64,000 bases of DNA. It comes from a virus. The position numbers and the translations under genes are program-made. A model generated the notes under the pieces. That model saw only the letters and a program-made list of their open reading frames with translations. It ran no database searches and was not told the origin of the DNA. Below are positions 47,023 to 55,742 of this stretch, piece after piece (the first letter of the stretch is position 1; every line of letters begins with the position of its first letter). The DNA lies in the IMG/VR virus record IMGVR_UViG_3300031656_000001. The stretch is one strand, 5' to 3'.

Positions 47023-48648
47023 TTAACCCTCGCAACTTGAACATTCAAGAATATCTCTTGCAAATGATTGCGCTGAACTTTGACTAAATTGATAGTAAAG
47101 CGTCTTAACGCCTTCTTCATGTGCATATAAATACAATTGATTAATATCCTTTGCTGGTACGCTTGGATGTATCATAATGTTTAACGATTGTGATTGATCA
47201 ATGAACTTTTGTCTCTGTGCCGCTTGTAATACGATTTCTTTTGGAGATAACTCAACAAATGATTTGAAAACTTCTTTAGTTGGAAAGTCTAAGTGTTGGA
47301 CAGATCCATCTCTTTTTAAAATATCTTCCCAAACTTGTGGAGTATTTAAATCATATTTGATTAATTCTTCAATAAGGAATGGGTTCTTATAGATAGTCTT
47401 TGACTTTGCCAAATCTTTAATAAAATAATTAGATTTGATTGGTTCAATACCCATAGAAACTTGTCCTAATATAAAAGAACTTGATTTAGTTGGTGCAACT
47501 GCAAGCAATGTTGTGTTTGCAAATCCAGGTCTAATTGATCTGTAACCTCTTTCGTCATGTAACCATTTAGATGCTTTTTCACTTCTTTCTTTTAAAGTAC
47601 TAAATATATCATGATTTAATCCCTTTGCTTGAATAGAATCAAATGTAATTAATTTAGATTGAAATAACGAGTGGTATCCAAGTACGCCTAATCCCAATGC
47701 TCTGTGTTGTTCAGCAAAACGATGTGCTCTTGCCATACCTGGCATATTTGTAGATTTCTTAACGAATTCATCCATTACTGCATTTAAGAATAATGTGTAT
47801 GTTTCGATTGCATCAGTATCTTTAATTTCATCCCAGTGTAAAAGGTTAATAGAACCTAAGCAACATACGAATGAATTAAAAGAATCTGTTGGTAACTGAA
47901 TCTCACTACATAAATTAGATGCTGTGATTTCTAAACCTAATTCTTTATATGGTGAATTGTTGTTTGAATTATCTTTAAACATAATATAAGGAAAGCCAAA
48001 TTCATTTCTCTTTTGAATAATCTTTGCCCATATTTTACGCTTATCAGAATCTCCAGCTTTCATTTCTGCAATCCATTCATCACCAACAGTAACTCCGAAT
48101 TGTAAGTTTTGAATAGGATTACCTTCACTACCAATATCTAAGAATTCTAAAATATCATTGTGTTCTACTGGTAACCAAGCTGCACATGCTCCACGTCTTG
48201 CTTCTGATTGTTTACATACATCAACTGTTGTATCATACATTCTAGCATAGTGTACTGGTCCATCTGCTGTACCTCCTGTTGAAATATTAGTTCCTCTTGA
48301 TCTAATATTTCCTAAATATACAGAAGTTCCTCCTCCGTATTTTGACATCATTCCTATTTCTCTACTTCCATTTAAGATGCTATCTAATGTATCATCAACG
48401 TTTGATCCATAGCAACTAACAGGAAGTCCTTTATCTTTTCCAAAGTTGATCCAAACTGGAGTTGATAAACTATAGAATCCGCGTTCCATATAATCTTCGA
48501 ACTTTCTCGCAAATCCATCAATTTTTAAATATCTCTCTGCTGTATTTGCGACATCTTTAATTCTTTGCTCTGGGGTTTCGTCAATATAACCCCTTGAAAG
48601 AAATTGCCTACTGTCTTCGTTAAGCCAGTAATTCTTTTCGTATTCCAT
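47023..48648 (-). CDS. nrdA: ribonucleotide reductase alpha subunit (no ATP cone)
   Basis: PVSC, GGGTS, SNLCSEI, VAPTKSSS, DQSQSLN, KTLYY, C-terminal CSSCEG. Confidence 0.95.
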   Translation of the reverse strand: MEYEKNYWLNEDSRQFLSRGYIDETPEQRIKDVANTAERYLKIDGFARKFEDYMERGFYSLSTPVWINFGKDKGLPVSCYGSNVDDTLDSILNGSREIGMMSKYGGGTSVYLGNIRSRGTNISTGGTADGPVHYARMYDTTVDVCKQSEARRGACAAWLPVEHNDILEFLDIGSEGNPIQNLQFGVTVGDEWIAEMKAGDSDKRKIWAKIIQKRNEFGFPYIMFKDNSNNNSPYKELGLEITASNLCSEIQLPTDSFNSFVCCLGSINLLHWDEIKDTDAIETYTLFLNAVMDEFVKKSTNMPGMARAHRFAEQHRALGLGVLGYHSLFQSKLITFDSIQAKGLNHDIFSTLKERSEKASKWLHDERGYRSIRPGFANTTLLAVAPTKSSSFILGQVSMGIEPIKSNYFIKDLAKSKTIYKNPFLIEELIKYDLNTPQVWEDILKRDGSVQHLDFPTKEVFKSFVELSPKEIVLQAAQRQKFIDQSQSLNIMIHPSVPAKDINQLYLYAHEEGVKTLYYQFSQSSAQSFARDILECSSCEG

Positions 48649-48670
48649 GTGTTTTAGTTTTTTAATAATT

Positions 48671-49648
48671 TTAAAATAAATCGTCTTCAGTTATTGACTT
48701 AGACTTCTTGTTGTAATCTACGCTTTTCTTATAAAAGAAATCGCCTTCTTTAGTTGATAGTATCTCTACGTCAAACCATAATGATTTTTCTAATTCAATA
48801 AGATCAATATCAAATATTGATTTCATTCCAATTCTATTTAATGAATTGTTAAATCTGTTTTTAATAAAGTTTTTAATATTTTCTTTAGATAAGAAATCAA
48901 GTTCACCTTTTTCAAATATCCAATCTAATATTTTGCATTCTGCTACATATGCTTTTTTACATGCTGAATCTATTAGTTGTTCGAATTCTTCATCGAACCA
49001 TTCAGGATTCTCTTCTTTAATAATATTGATCAATTCAGATCCAAAGTTTCCATGAATTTCTTCTTCTTTACTTGTAGCTTCGACAACATTAGAAATACCT
49101 TTAAAAAGATTCTTCTCTTTATTGAAAGACATCATAATAAAGAATTGACTAAACAAACTTACATGTTCAATGAATAAAGAAAATAATAACACTGATTTTG
49201 TGTACATTTTATTGTCTCTGCTTCTTGTTCCATCTAAATATTTAGTCAAGTATGCAATTCTGTCTTTAATTGCAGGAATCTCTACAACATGTTCGAACTC
49301 TTTTTCAAGTCCTAAGATTAATAGTAACTGTGCATATGCATCTTTATGTCTTACTTCAGATTCTGCAAATGTCATTCCAACATCTCCGATTTCTGTAATT
49401 GGCATTCTTTTATAAAGATCTGCCCAGAAAGTTTTAACATTTACCTCTATTTGCGCAATCGCAAGCATTGATCTTTTAATAACTTCTCGTTCTTTGGTTG
49501 AAATCTTAGTTTTAAAGTCATCGATATCTGTTGTAAAATTAAATTCTGTATGTATCCAATAAGAATGTCTGATAGCATCTTTATATGCCAAAAGCTGTGG
49601 ATATTGATATGGTAAAATGTTTACTCTTTTTTGAAAAATATCGCTCAT
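48671..49648 (-). CDS. nrdB: ribonucleotide reductase beta subunit (NrdBi / class Id-like)
   Basis: AIAQIEVNVKTFW, ESEVRH..AY, IEHVSLFSQF, EEEIH, DFF. Confidence 0.93.
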   Translation of the reverse strand: MSDIFQKRVNILPYQYPQLLAYKDAIRHSYWIHTEFNFTTDIDDFKTKISTKEREVIKRSMLAIAQIEVNVKTFWADLYKRMPITEIGDVGMTFAESEVRHKDAYAQLLLILGLEKEFEHVVEIPAIKDRIAYLTKYLDGTRSRDNKMYTKSVLLFSLFIEHVSLFSQFFIMMSFNKEKNLFKGISNVVEATSKEEEIHGNFGSELINIIKEENPEWFDEEFEQLIDSACKKAYVAECKILDWIFEKGELDFLSKENIKNFIKNRFNNSLNRIGMKSIFDIDLIELEKSLWFDVEILSTKEGDFFYKKSVDYNKKSKSITEDDLF

Positions 49649-49674
49649 ATAAGTGTTAAGTGTTTTGATGTTAA

Positions 49675-49684
49675 TTATATATCA
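49675..49684 (-). promoter_or_regulatory. late-type promoter TGATATATAA upstream of nrdB
   Basis: Recurrent motif. Confidence 0.5.
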
Positions 49685-49705
49685 ACTAAATATACAATGT
49701 AAGTA

Positions 49706-51124
49706 TTATTTAATTCTATTTAATTTTTTTAATTTCTTTTCTAGCTTAGCAGCCTTCTCGTAATACGCATAAGAGGTCTTTTTATAGTCCTTTCTTTGCT
49801 CATATAAATCTGCTAATATTTTTTTAAGAATAGAATCTTCTTTTTTGAATACCACTCCGTTTTCACAGACAATTACCTTTTTGTCTTTTCGTCTTGTTGG
49901 AATTTCTGCTTCAGGTACTTGCTCAACATATGATTCGGGGGAAATATTAAATTGTCTCATTATTGAAGGATATAGCGATGCAAAATCAAATGCACTTACT
50001 CCACTATAATATCCAACAATTGGTTGCTTAACGAAAGCTCCTTCGAATTTACCTTCTTTAAGAGCATCGGCTTTACCATATTCTACACCAATCTTTTTAT
50101 TCTGTTCTGCAAGTTTTCTTGCAAGTAGTGATTCTGTAATCGCAACAGGTGATGATGCTTTATATAATGGCATCTTAGTAATGGTTGCTAGAGTTAAAAG
50201 AACTTCCATCGATTTTAACTGTTGATCTATATAGTATACTAAACATGAATCGACTACGTTGTAATAAATGTACTTAGTAAAATCATTTTCATATAGTTCT
50301 TGAAGTCCTCCAGAATATTTAATTTTCTTAACATCTAAAACTGCTCCTGAAACAAAGTCTAATGAATTAGATTCTTTAACAGCAACCGATCTATCATATT
50401 TGTCATATAATTGCATGTAATCTAAAATACCCATATGTAATGGACGACTATCCTTTCTATCTAACGCACCAGTGATTGCCACTTGCTCCATATCGATCTG
50501 TAATCGTTTACATCTATTGACTATATACTGCCAATCATAGTTGATGAAATTCCACCCTGTCATCATTGGGAACTTAGGTAAAAACTTATGCAAAAACGTA
50601 TATAACATATTATACTCATTATCAAATTTATGATATGAGAATTCCCAATCTTGGTCGTAGTCTTTGAAATGTTTGTTGGTATCTGCCTGTATTTTCTTCA
50701 TATCTTCCTGAGACATGTCTTCTAATCCTAATACAATTGCTTTACGTTCTGGTGTAATTATTGAAAACGATAGAATTCTAGTTTTAGCTTCTTCTGCTTT
50801 TGGGAAACCATCAACTATTTCTGTTTCAATATCTACAAAGTACGTTCGTGGCATATTAAATTCGTAGATCTCTTCCCTGTCTTTTTCTGGTAGAGAATCC
50901 ATGAAATATAATAAACTAAACTTGTTGAATGATTTAGCGTAACCTCTTTTTAGAGCTCTACCATCCCAATTTCTATATGTTGCATCTTTGTGTTTATCAG
51001 TATCTTTAGTTACTACCCAATTTTGGAATTGATTAACGCCATATCTTTTAAATGATACTTTGCCCTCTTTGTCGTAGTAAGAAATAATTAGTTCCCTGTC
51101 GGTTTGCTCAATATCTAATAGCAT
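49706..51124 (-). CDS. family-B DNA polymerase, N-terminal subunit (3'-5' exonuclease + motif A; gp43A-like)
   Basis: Exo I DIETE, Exo II GWNFINYD, Exo III YNVVD, motif A FDFASLYPSIM; ends in the fingers helix. Confidence 0.9.
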   Translation of the reverse strand: MLLDIEQTDRELIISYYDKEGKVSFKRYGVNQFQNWVVTKDTDKHKDATYRNWDGRALKRGYAKSFNKFSLLYFMDSLPEKDREEIYEFNMPRTYFVDIETEIVDGFPKAEEAKTRILSFSIITPERKAIVLGLEDMSQEDMKKIQADTNKHFKDYDQDWEFSYHKFDNEYNMLYTFLHKFLPKFPMMTGWNFINYDWQYIVNRCKRLQIDMEQVAITGALDRKDSRPLHMGILDYMQLYDKYDRSVAVKESNSLDFVSGAVLDVKKIKYSGGLQELYENDFTKYIYYNVVDSCLVYYIDQQLKSMEVLLTLATITKMPLYKASSPVAITESLLARKLAEQNKKIGVEYGKADALKEGKFEGAFVKQPIVGYYSGVSAFDFASLYPSIMRQFNISPESYVEQVPEAEIPTRRKDKKVIVCENGVVFKKEDSILKKILADLYEQRKDYKKTSYAYYEKAAKLEKKLKKLNRIK

Positions 51125-51592
51125 TTAGTAGTTGTTTTTTTGGCGATTTACATTTTCTTCTGCTTTAGCGAAATAATAGTTGTATGCTGTTTTTGCATCC
51201 AAGCCAATAGAAGCTGCATAGTTAATAAAGAAATGGAGAATATCTACCCATTCCATAAATAATTCTTTCTTATCACCTTCGGAAAGATCTGATACTTTCA
51301 TCGTATCATATTTTGTAAAGTCTTTTTTCCAGTATTTCCAGACTGCATTTCCAGAACCATCTTTAATACCTCCAAGTGCATCTGTCATTTCATGTATCTC
51401 ATCAACTACTGCGTGAGTGTTAACATGCCAGAAATTCATTACCTCTCGTAACGTCATATCTTCAAAGTTAAAACCATAAGTCTGCTCTTGCATCTTTTTT
51501 TGGTTTTCCATGATGTCTGCTAAATGTGTTGTTGATTTGGTGTAAAAGTCTTTTACTTCAAGATCTTTGCATTCATTGTCTATATTTGCCAT
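51125..51592 (-). CDS. dCTP/dUTP pyrophosphatase (T4 gp56-like)
   Basis: NEC..L, DEIHE...ALG, AVWK.WK, E.VDILHF, YY.K..EN..RQ.N.Y match the gp56 pattern. Confidence 0.85.
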   Translation of the reverse strand: MANIDNECKDLEVKDFYTKSTTHLADIMENQKKMQEQTYGFNFEDMTLREVMNFWHVNTHAVVDEIHEMTDALGGIKDGSGNAVWKYWKKDFTKYDTMKVSDLSEGDKKELFMEWVDILHFFINYAASIGLDAKTAYNYYFAKAEENVNRQKNNY

Positions 51593-51646
51593 TTTGTATT
51601 TTTTGTTATATTAATAATATGTGTATTTGATTAATAGTTTCAACTA

Positions 51647-52543
51647 TTATCTGTCCATTTCTAGAATTTGTCCCCATTCTCTTTGAGAGTCTGTTATAAT
51701 TTTTGTTTGATCAGATTCTGGTCTAGGATCTCCACCTACATTCCAGAACCATGCTCCTGGTTTTCCATGTTTCTTCATAAATTCCCATGCTTTTGCATCG
51801 TAGTTATATGCACTTGGAAATGGTGGCATTTGATCAAGACTTACGTTTTGATTAAATGGTTTAGGATGAGACCACATTTCAGCTCTACCTCTTTCACCTG
51901 TTTTGATATTACGAGCAACTGCAACTGCATGAAAATCTGCATCAGGCCATGCAATCTGTAATGATCTTTGTAATACTCCTGTAGAAATTGCTGACCAAAC
52001 TTCTTCTGGATATCCGTGTTTTTCTGCAAGATCATATGCAACTTTCACTGCGGCTGCTGTAACTAATTCGTGCTTAAGTCCTAGTGGAATAAACGTTGCG
52101 TTGTTATCTTCTGCCCATCTTTTAGCATGTGCGTTAAGGTTTGGCATAGCAGCAACTCTTTTAAATTTCATTTCTGCTCCACGTTCAATACATATCGCTT
52201 GATGATCTGAAATTTCTTTTTGTGATGGACTAAATAATACTAATTTTTTATTGTATTTTTCTGCAAGATATGCAAGTGATATACCTGCAAATCCACACCT
52301 TGGCTGTACATATACTAATGTATCTGTTGGTGCTGATTGAACTAAGATATCACCAAACCTGCATTTAGAACCAAATCCCATTAAATCTTCTCTTACGACT
52401 TTAAATCCATCATGTTCTGTGATAACTGGTTCTGAAAATGGATCTTTCCAATCTCCTGCTAAATCTAACCAAGCTTGACGATTTGGCATCATCAGATTAA
52501 TATCTTGATTCATTAGACTTTTTGTGTGTTTGTTATGTGCCAT
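51647..52543 (-). CDS. PLP-dependent enzyme (fold type II) of phage DNA-modification clusters
   Basis: VVREDL..GSKCR, G.AGISLA, IPLG, W.AISTG, YDAKAW, FWNVG. Confidence 0.78.
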   Translation of the reverse strand: MAHNKHTKSLMNQDINLMMPNRQAWLDLAGDWKDPFSEPVITEHDGFKVVREDLMGFGSKCRFGDILVQSAPTDTLVYVQPRCGFAGISLAYLAEKYNKKLVLFSPSQKEISDHQAICIERGAEMKFKRVAAMPNLNAHAKRWAEDNNATFIPLGLKHELVTAAAVKVAYDLAEKHGYPEEVWSAISTGVLQRSLQIAWPDADFHAVAVARNIKTGERGRAEMWSHPKPFNQNVSLDQMPPFPSAYNYDAKAWEFMKKHGKPGAWFWNVGGDPRPESDQTKIITDSQREWGQILEMDR

Positions 52544-52546
52544 ATT

Positions 52547-53224
52547 TTAAAAGTTTGTTTTGTTGCTACCTAAATAACCAGGTGCGGTCATTTCCTTATT
52601 GTGATATTCCATAATTTTATCTCTTGCTTCCACTGCAGTATCTACGATTCTAAATAAGTCAAAATCCGATGGACTCATTTTATTACTTTCCAATACAGTA
52701 TCTTTTAGCCAATCAATTAATCCTGACCAATAATCTTTTCCAACTAATACTATTGGGTATTTTACGTTGTGACCACATTGAGCTAATGTAATTGCTTCAA
52801 ATAATTCATCTAGAGTTCCAAGTCCTCCTGGAAATACAACGAATCCTTGCGAATATTTTAAGAACATTACCTTTCTTGTAAAAAAGTATCTGCATTCCAT
52901 TCCTAAATCAACATATTTGTTCATACCTGATTCAAATGGCAATTCAATGCCAATTCCTATAGAATTACCTGAAACTTCATGAGCTCCGTGATTTGCTGCA
53001 GCCATTATTCCTGGACCTCCGCCTGTAATTACTCCGAATCCTTCACATGATATAAGCTTAGCAAATTCTCTTGCTTCGTTATACCATTTACTACCTTGTT
53101 TTGTTCTTGCACTTCCGAATATCGATACACATGGTACATCTATTTCATTAAAAGTGTCAAATCCTTTTGTAAATTCTCCTTGAATTCTTAGAATTTGCCA
53201 TGCATCATCTGCTTTATTTTTCAT
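52547..53224 (-). CDS. LOG-family nucleotide phosphoribohydrolase (TIGR00730-like)
   Basis: FGSAR, TGGGPGIM, FFTRK, PGGLGTLDELFE. Confidence 0.9.
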   Translation of the reverse strand: MKNKADDAWQILRIQGEFTKGFDTFNEIDVPCVSIFGSARTKQGSKWYNEAREFAKLISCEGFGVITGGGPGIMAAANHGAHEVSGNSIGIGIELPFESGMNKYVDLGMECRYFFTRKVMFLKYSQGFVVFPGGLGTLDELFEAITLAQCGHNVKYPIVLVGKDYWSGLIDWLKDTVLESNKMSPSDFDLFRIVDTAVEARDKIMEYHNKEMTAPGYLGSNKTNF

Positions 53225-53235
53225 CTTGTTTGTAT

Positions 53236-54375
53236 TTATTCGTTAGGGTAATTCTTACCCCAAATGTGACGTGTTGTTTCTGCGTTTACGATAACATCCT
53301 CTGTTGGATGTTTTGCTAAATTAAATGCTCCATCAAAGATCCAAGTATATGGAATTCTTTTAGTGGGAGATTTAATACCATGACTGATTGCGATGTGTTT
53401 GTAAAAAAAACATGTTTTATCCTCTACATTTAACATCGTTTGAGTAGTCATTGGATTACTTGGATGATCTGATAAAACTTGCATTTGTCTAATCCATTCT
53501 TCAGCATGTTTATTCTCTGCTATAAATTGACCATCTTCGTCAATTGAGTATTTTACTTTACCATTTAAGTTTGGTCCTCCAAAGATTTGCATCATACCAT
53601 CAAAATGTCCAGTTCCACCAAAAAGCACTGATTCTGGATCAACTAGATCCGGTCTACTCATTGCAACATATCTTGCAGTGTTTTTACATGGATATAATGG
53701 ACTTCTAAAGTTTTGATGTTCTTTAAAATAAGCTTCTAATATTTTAGCAAATTCCATCATAGTGTATGGTCTTTCTAAATTCTCTAAAATATGAGCCATA
53801 TCTTTGGCTGCTTTTTTAGGTCCTTCTAATAACCAATCCTTAACTATTGTGCCCTTTGGATAATATATTTGAAATAGATCATTACGAGCATGTCTGTTTT
53901 CAACAAAGTGTTTTCTTGTTTTTACTTCACCGTCATTGATCAATCTATTAATAGTTCCCCAATGTTCATTACTAAAAGAAAATACTATTGTATAATATAA
54001 TAGCTTTTCTAAATCTGTTTCATGTTTCATCATATAACAATATGGATGTTCATGCCAGTGTAATCTATGTGAGAATATTTGGTAATCTTCTAAAAGTAAG
54101 CTGTCTTGTCTCTTATCAAAAGCATGACAGAATTCAAAGAATTTATCAAATCTTTCTTCTTGAGTCCAATCCTTCATCCAACTTTCCATTGGTTTTCCCT
54201 TTTTCATTAGGATTTCAGAAGTGCCTTTATATGATATATTGTGTTTGTTCATTTTGTCATTTCCGTTAAATTCAAACAAACTATTTTTTAAAAAGTTTGC
54301 ATTACTTGAACCATTTTTTGGATTAAATTCAATTATAAGTTTCGTATCCTTTTCCAATTCTTGTTCTTTATTCAT
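53236..54375 (-). CDS. aGPT-pyrophosphorylase / amino acid:DNA transferase-like protein
   Basis: DSLL...HR, GGTGHFDGM and NVEDKTCFFYK parallel the aGPT-PPlase1 blocks; adjacent to the PLP enzyme. Confidence 0.55.
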   Translation of the reverse strand: MNKEQELEKDTKLIIEFNPKNGSSNANFLKNSLFEFNGNDKMNKHNISYKGTSEILMKKGKPMESWMKDWTQEERFDKFFEFCHAFDKRQDSLLLEDYQIFSHRLHWHEHPYCYMMKHETDLEKLLYYTIVFSFSNEHWGTINRLINDGEVKTRKHFVENRHARNDLFQIYYPKGTIVKDWLLEGPKKAAKDMAHILENLERPYTMMEFAKILEAYFKEHQNFRSPLYPCKNTARYVAMSRPDLVDPESVLFGGTGHFDGMMQIFGGPNLNGKVKYSIDEDGQFIAENKHAEEWIRQMQVLSDHPSNPMTTQTMLNVEDKTCFFYKHIAISHGIKSPTKRIPYTWIFDGAFNLAKHPTEDVIVNAETTRHIWGKNYPNE

Positions 54376-55594
54376 ATGTCGTTGGTAGTATACTATTTAT
54401 TTTGCTTTTATATTCGGCGGCCGTTAGGTTAACAGATGCTATAACTTTGTCATCTGATGGAAATGATGTGATACCATTGAATGTGTCTACTAGACCTAAT
54501 TCTAACATCGCTTTCTGTCTTCCATATGGATGATCTAATATAAATGAACTGTTCCAAATACCATCAAAGTCTATATGATTATATGCCGCGCCCGGTCTTA
54601 AATAGTTTTCAATCCATCTAATAAAATCACATGCTACATCTTCAGCATTATATGGTAAGCTTCCTGTATCTTCGTATATTCTTGTCATTACTGCATCCAA
54701 GAATTCTTCACTCTTTTTACCTTTCTTTTCAACAGGATCTGCAAGATATCCAATGCATTCTACTGCATTTGTACCATAATAAAACATTGATTCTCTGTTT
54801 ACATATTCTGGATACCAATCTGCTAAATCTGCAAGAACTGCAGCATACTGGAATCTATAAGCTCTTAGGCCATTATCAGCATTCCACTTAAACATCCATT
54901 CTCCGATCTCTCTTAAATCTTTTTTACCGTCACTTCTTAAAAAGACAGCTAAGTCTCTTGAAAGTCTTGGTGCAAATTCACATAAGAAATAATCTCCGCC
55001 TCTTTTGTAAACATATTCAGGTTCTGTAAACGATTCCATACCTACAAAACTATCTTCATTACCTGAAGGCTTTGGTGGTTTAGGAAATGCTGGAAACTGA
55101 TAACCAACTGAAGTATAAAATGGCGTAGGATGATATTTAATAACCTCGCACATTTCTTCAATTGTTTTACATTCATGTAATGCAAAGATAACTGTGTTGT
55201 GATAACCAGATGGTTTGGTAGCATAATTAATTGCACTACCACAAACTCGATGTAGAATAAACAGATATAACCATTCTTCTAATCCAAAGTCTTTGTGCTT
55301 TCCAGTCCAGTTTTTGGCAACTTCTTCTCTTTGAGGGAATATTTTGCCGGCTTTCATGTGTTCCCAATATGGATGATCTTCTGTCCAACCATAAAAACAA
55401 TCGTTTATGATCTGACTAAAACCTGCATATTTTCTTTCCACTACATCATATAAGTGCACGTGTTCCATTAAAGGATCATTCATGCCGCTTTCTTCATGTG
55501 GTACAATACCTAAGTTACTAAGCTCTTGCTGTTTCTTAGCAAGTTCAAAGTATCTCAAAAACTCATCGTAATATTTAGTAGTTTTTATTTCCAT
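54368..55594 (-). CDS. aGPT-pyrophosphorylase / amino acid:DNA transferase-like protein
   Basis: DPLM...YDVVERKYAGFSQ, LHR, F...VLADL, GTNA..CI, AEDVACDFIRW. Confidence 0.6.
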   Translation of the reverse strand: MEIKTTKYYDEFLRYFELAKKQQELSNLGIVPHEESGMNDPLMEHVHLYDVVERKYAGFSQIINDCFYGWTEDHPYWEHMKAGKIFPQREEVAKNWTGKHKDFGLEEWLYLFILHRVCGSAINYATKPSGYHNTVIFALHECKTIEEMCEVIKYHPTPFYTSVGYQFPAFPKPPKPSGNEDSFVGMESFTEPEYVYKRGGDYFLCEFAPRLSRDLAVFLRSDGKKDLREIGEWMFKWNADNGLRAYRFQYAAVLADLADWYPEYVNRESMFYYGTNAVECIGYLADPVEKKGKKSEEFLDAVMTRIYEDTGSLPYNAEDVACDFIRWIENYLRPGAAYNHIDFDGIWNSSFILDHPYGRQKAMLELGLVDTFNGITSFPSDDKVIASVNLTAAEYKSKINSILPTTYE

Positions 55595-55595
55595 C

Positions 55596-55739
55596 TTATT
55601 CTATGATTTTCCATTTGAATGGATTTCTATTTCTTTGATATTGTTCCATAACCCACTCTATATCCTTTGTTTTTATTTCAAACGAATAAGATTCTTTAGT
55701 GTCGTCATGTGGTGTGATGAGTATTTTGTATTTTTTCAT
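55596..55739 (-). CDS. small hypothetical protein (47 aa)
   Basis: Manual translation MKKYKILITPHDDTKESYSFEIKTKDIEWVMEQYQRNRNPFKWKIIE. Confidence 0.55.
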   Translation of the reverse strand: MKKYKILITPHDDTKESYSFEIKTKDIEWVMEQYQRNRNPFKWKIIE

Positions 55740-55742
55740 ATT

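Noticed and set aside
48671-48700. NrdB C-terminal DDLF as a clamp-binding motif
   Set aside because: It is the normal NrdB tail that binds NrdA
44632-49705. Intron or intein explaining the polymerase split
   Set aside because: The interval holds complete housekeeping genes, promoters and terminators; no intein termini or homing endonuclease
52547-53224. Lysine decarboxylase annotation for the LOG protein
   Set aside because: This is a known misannotation of the family; the PGGxGTxxE motif indicates a phosphoribohydrolase
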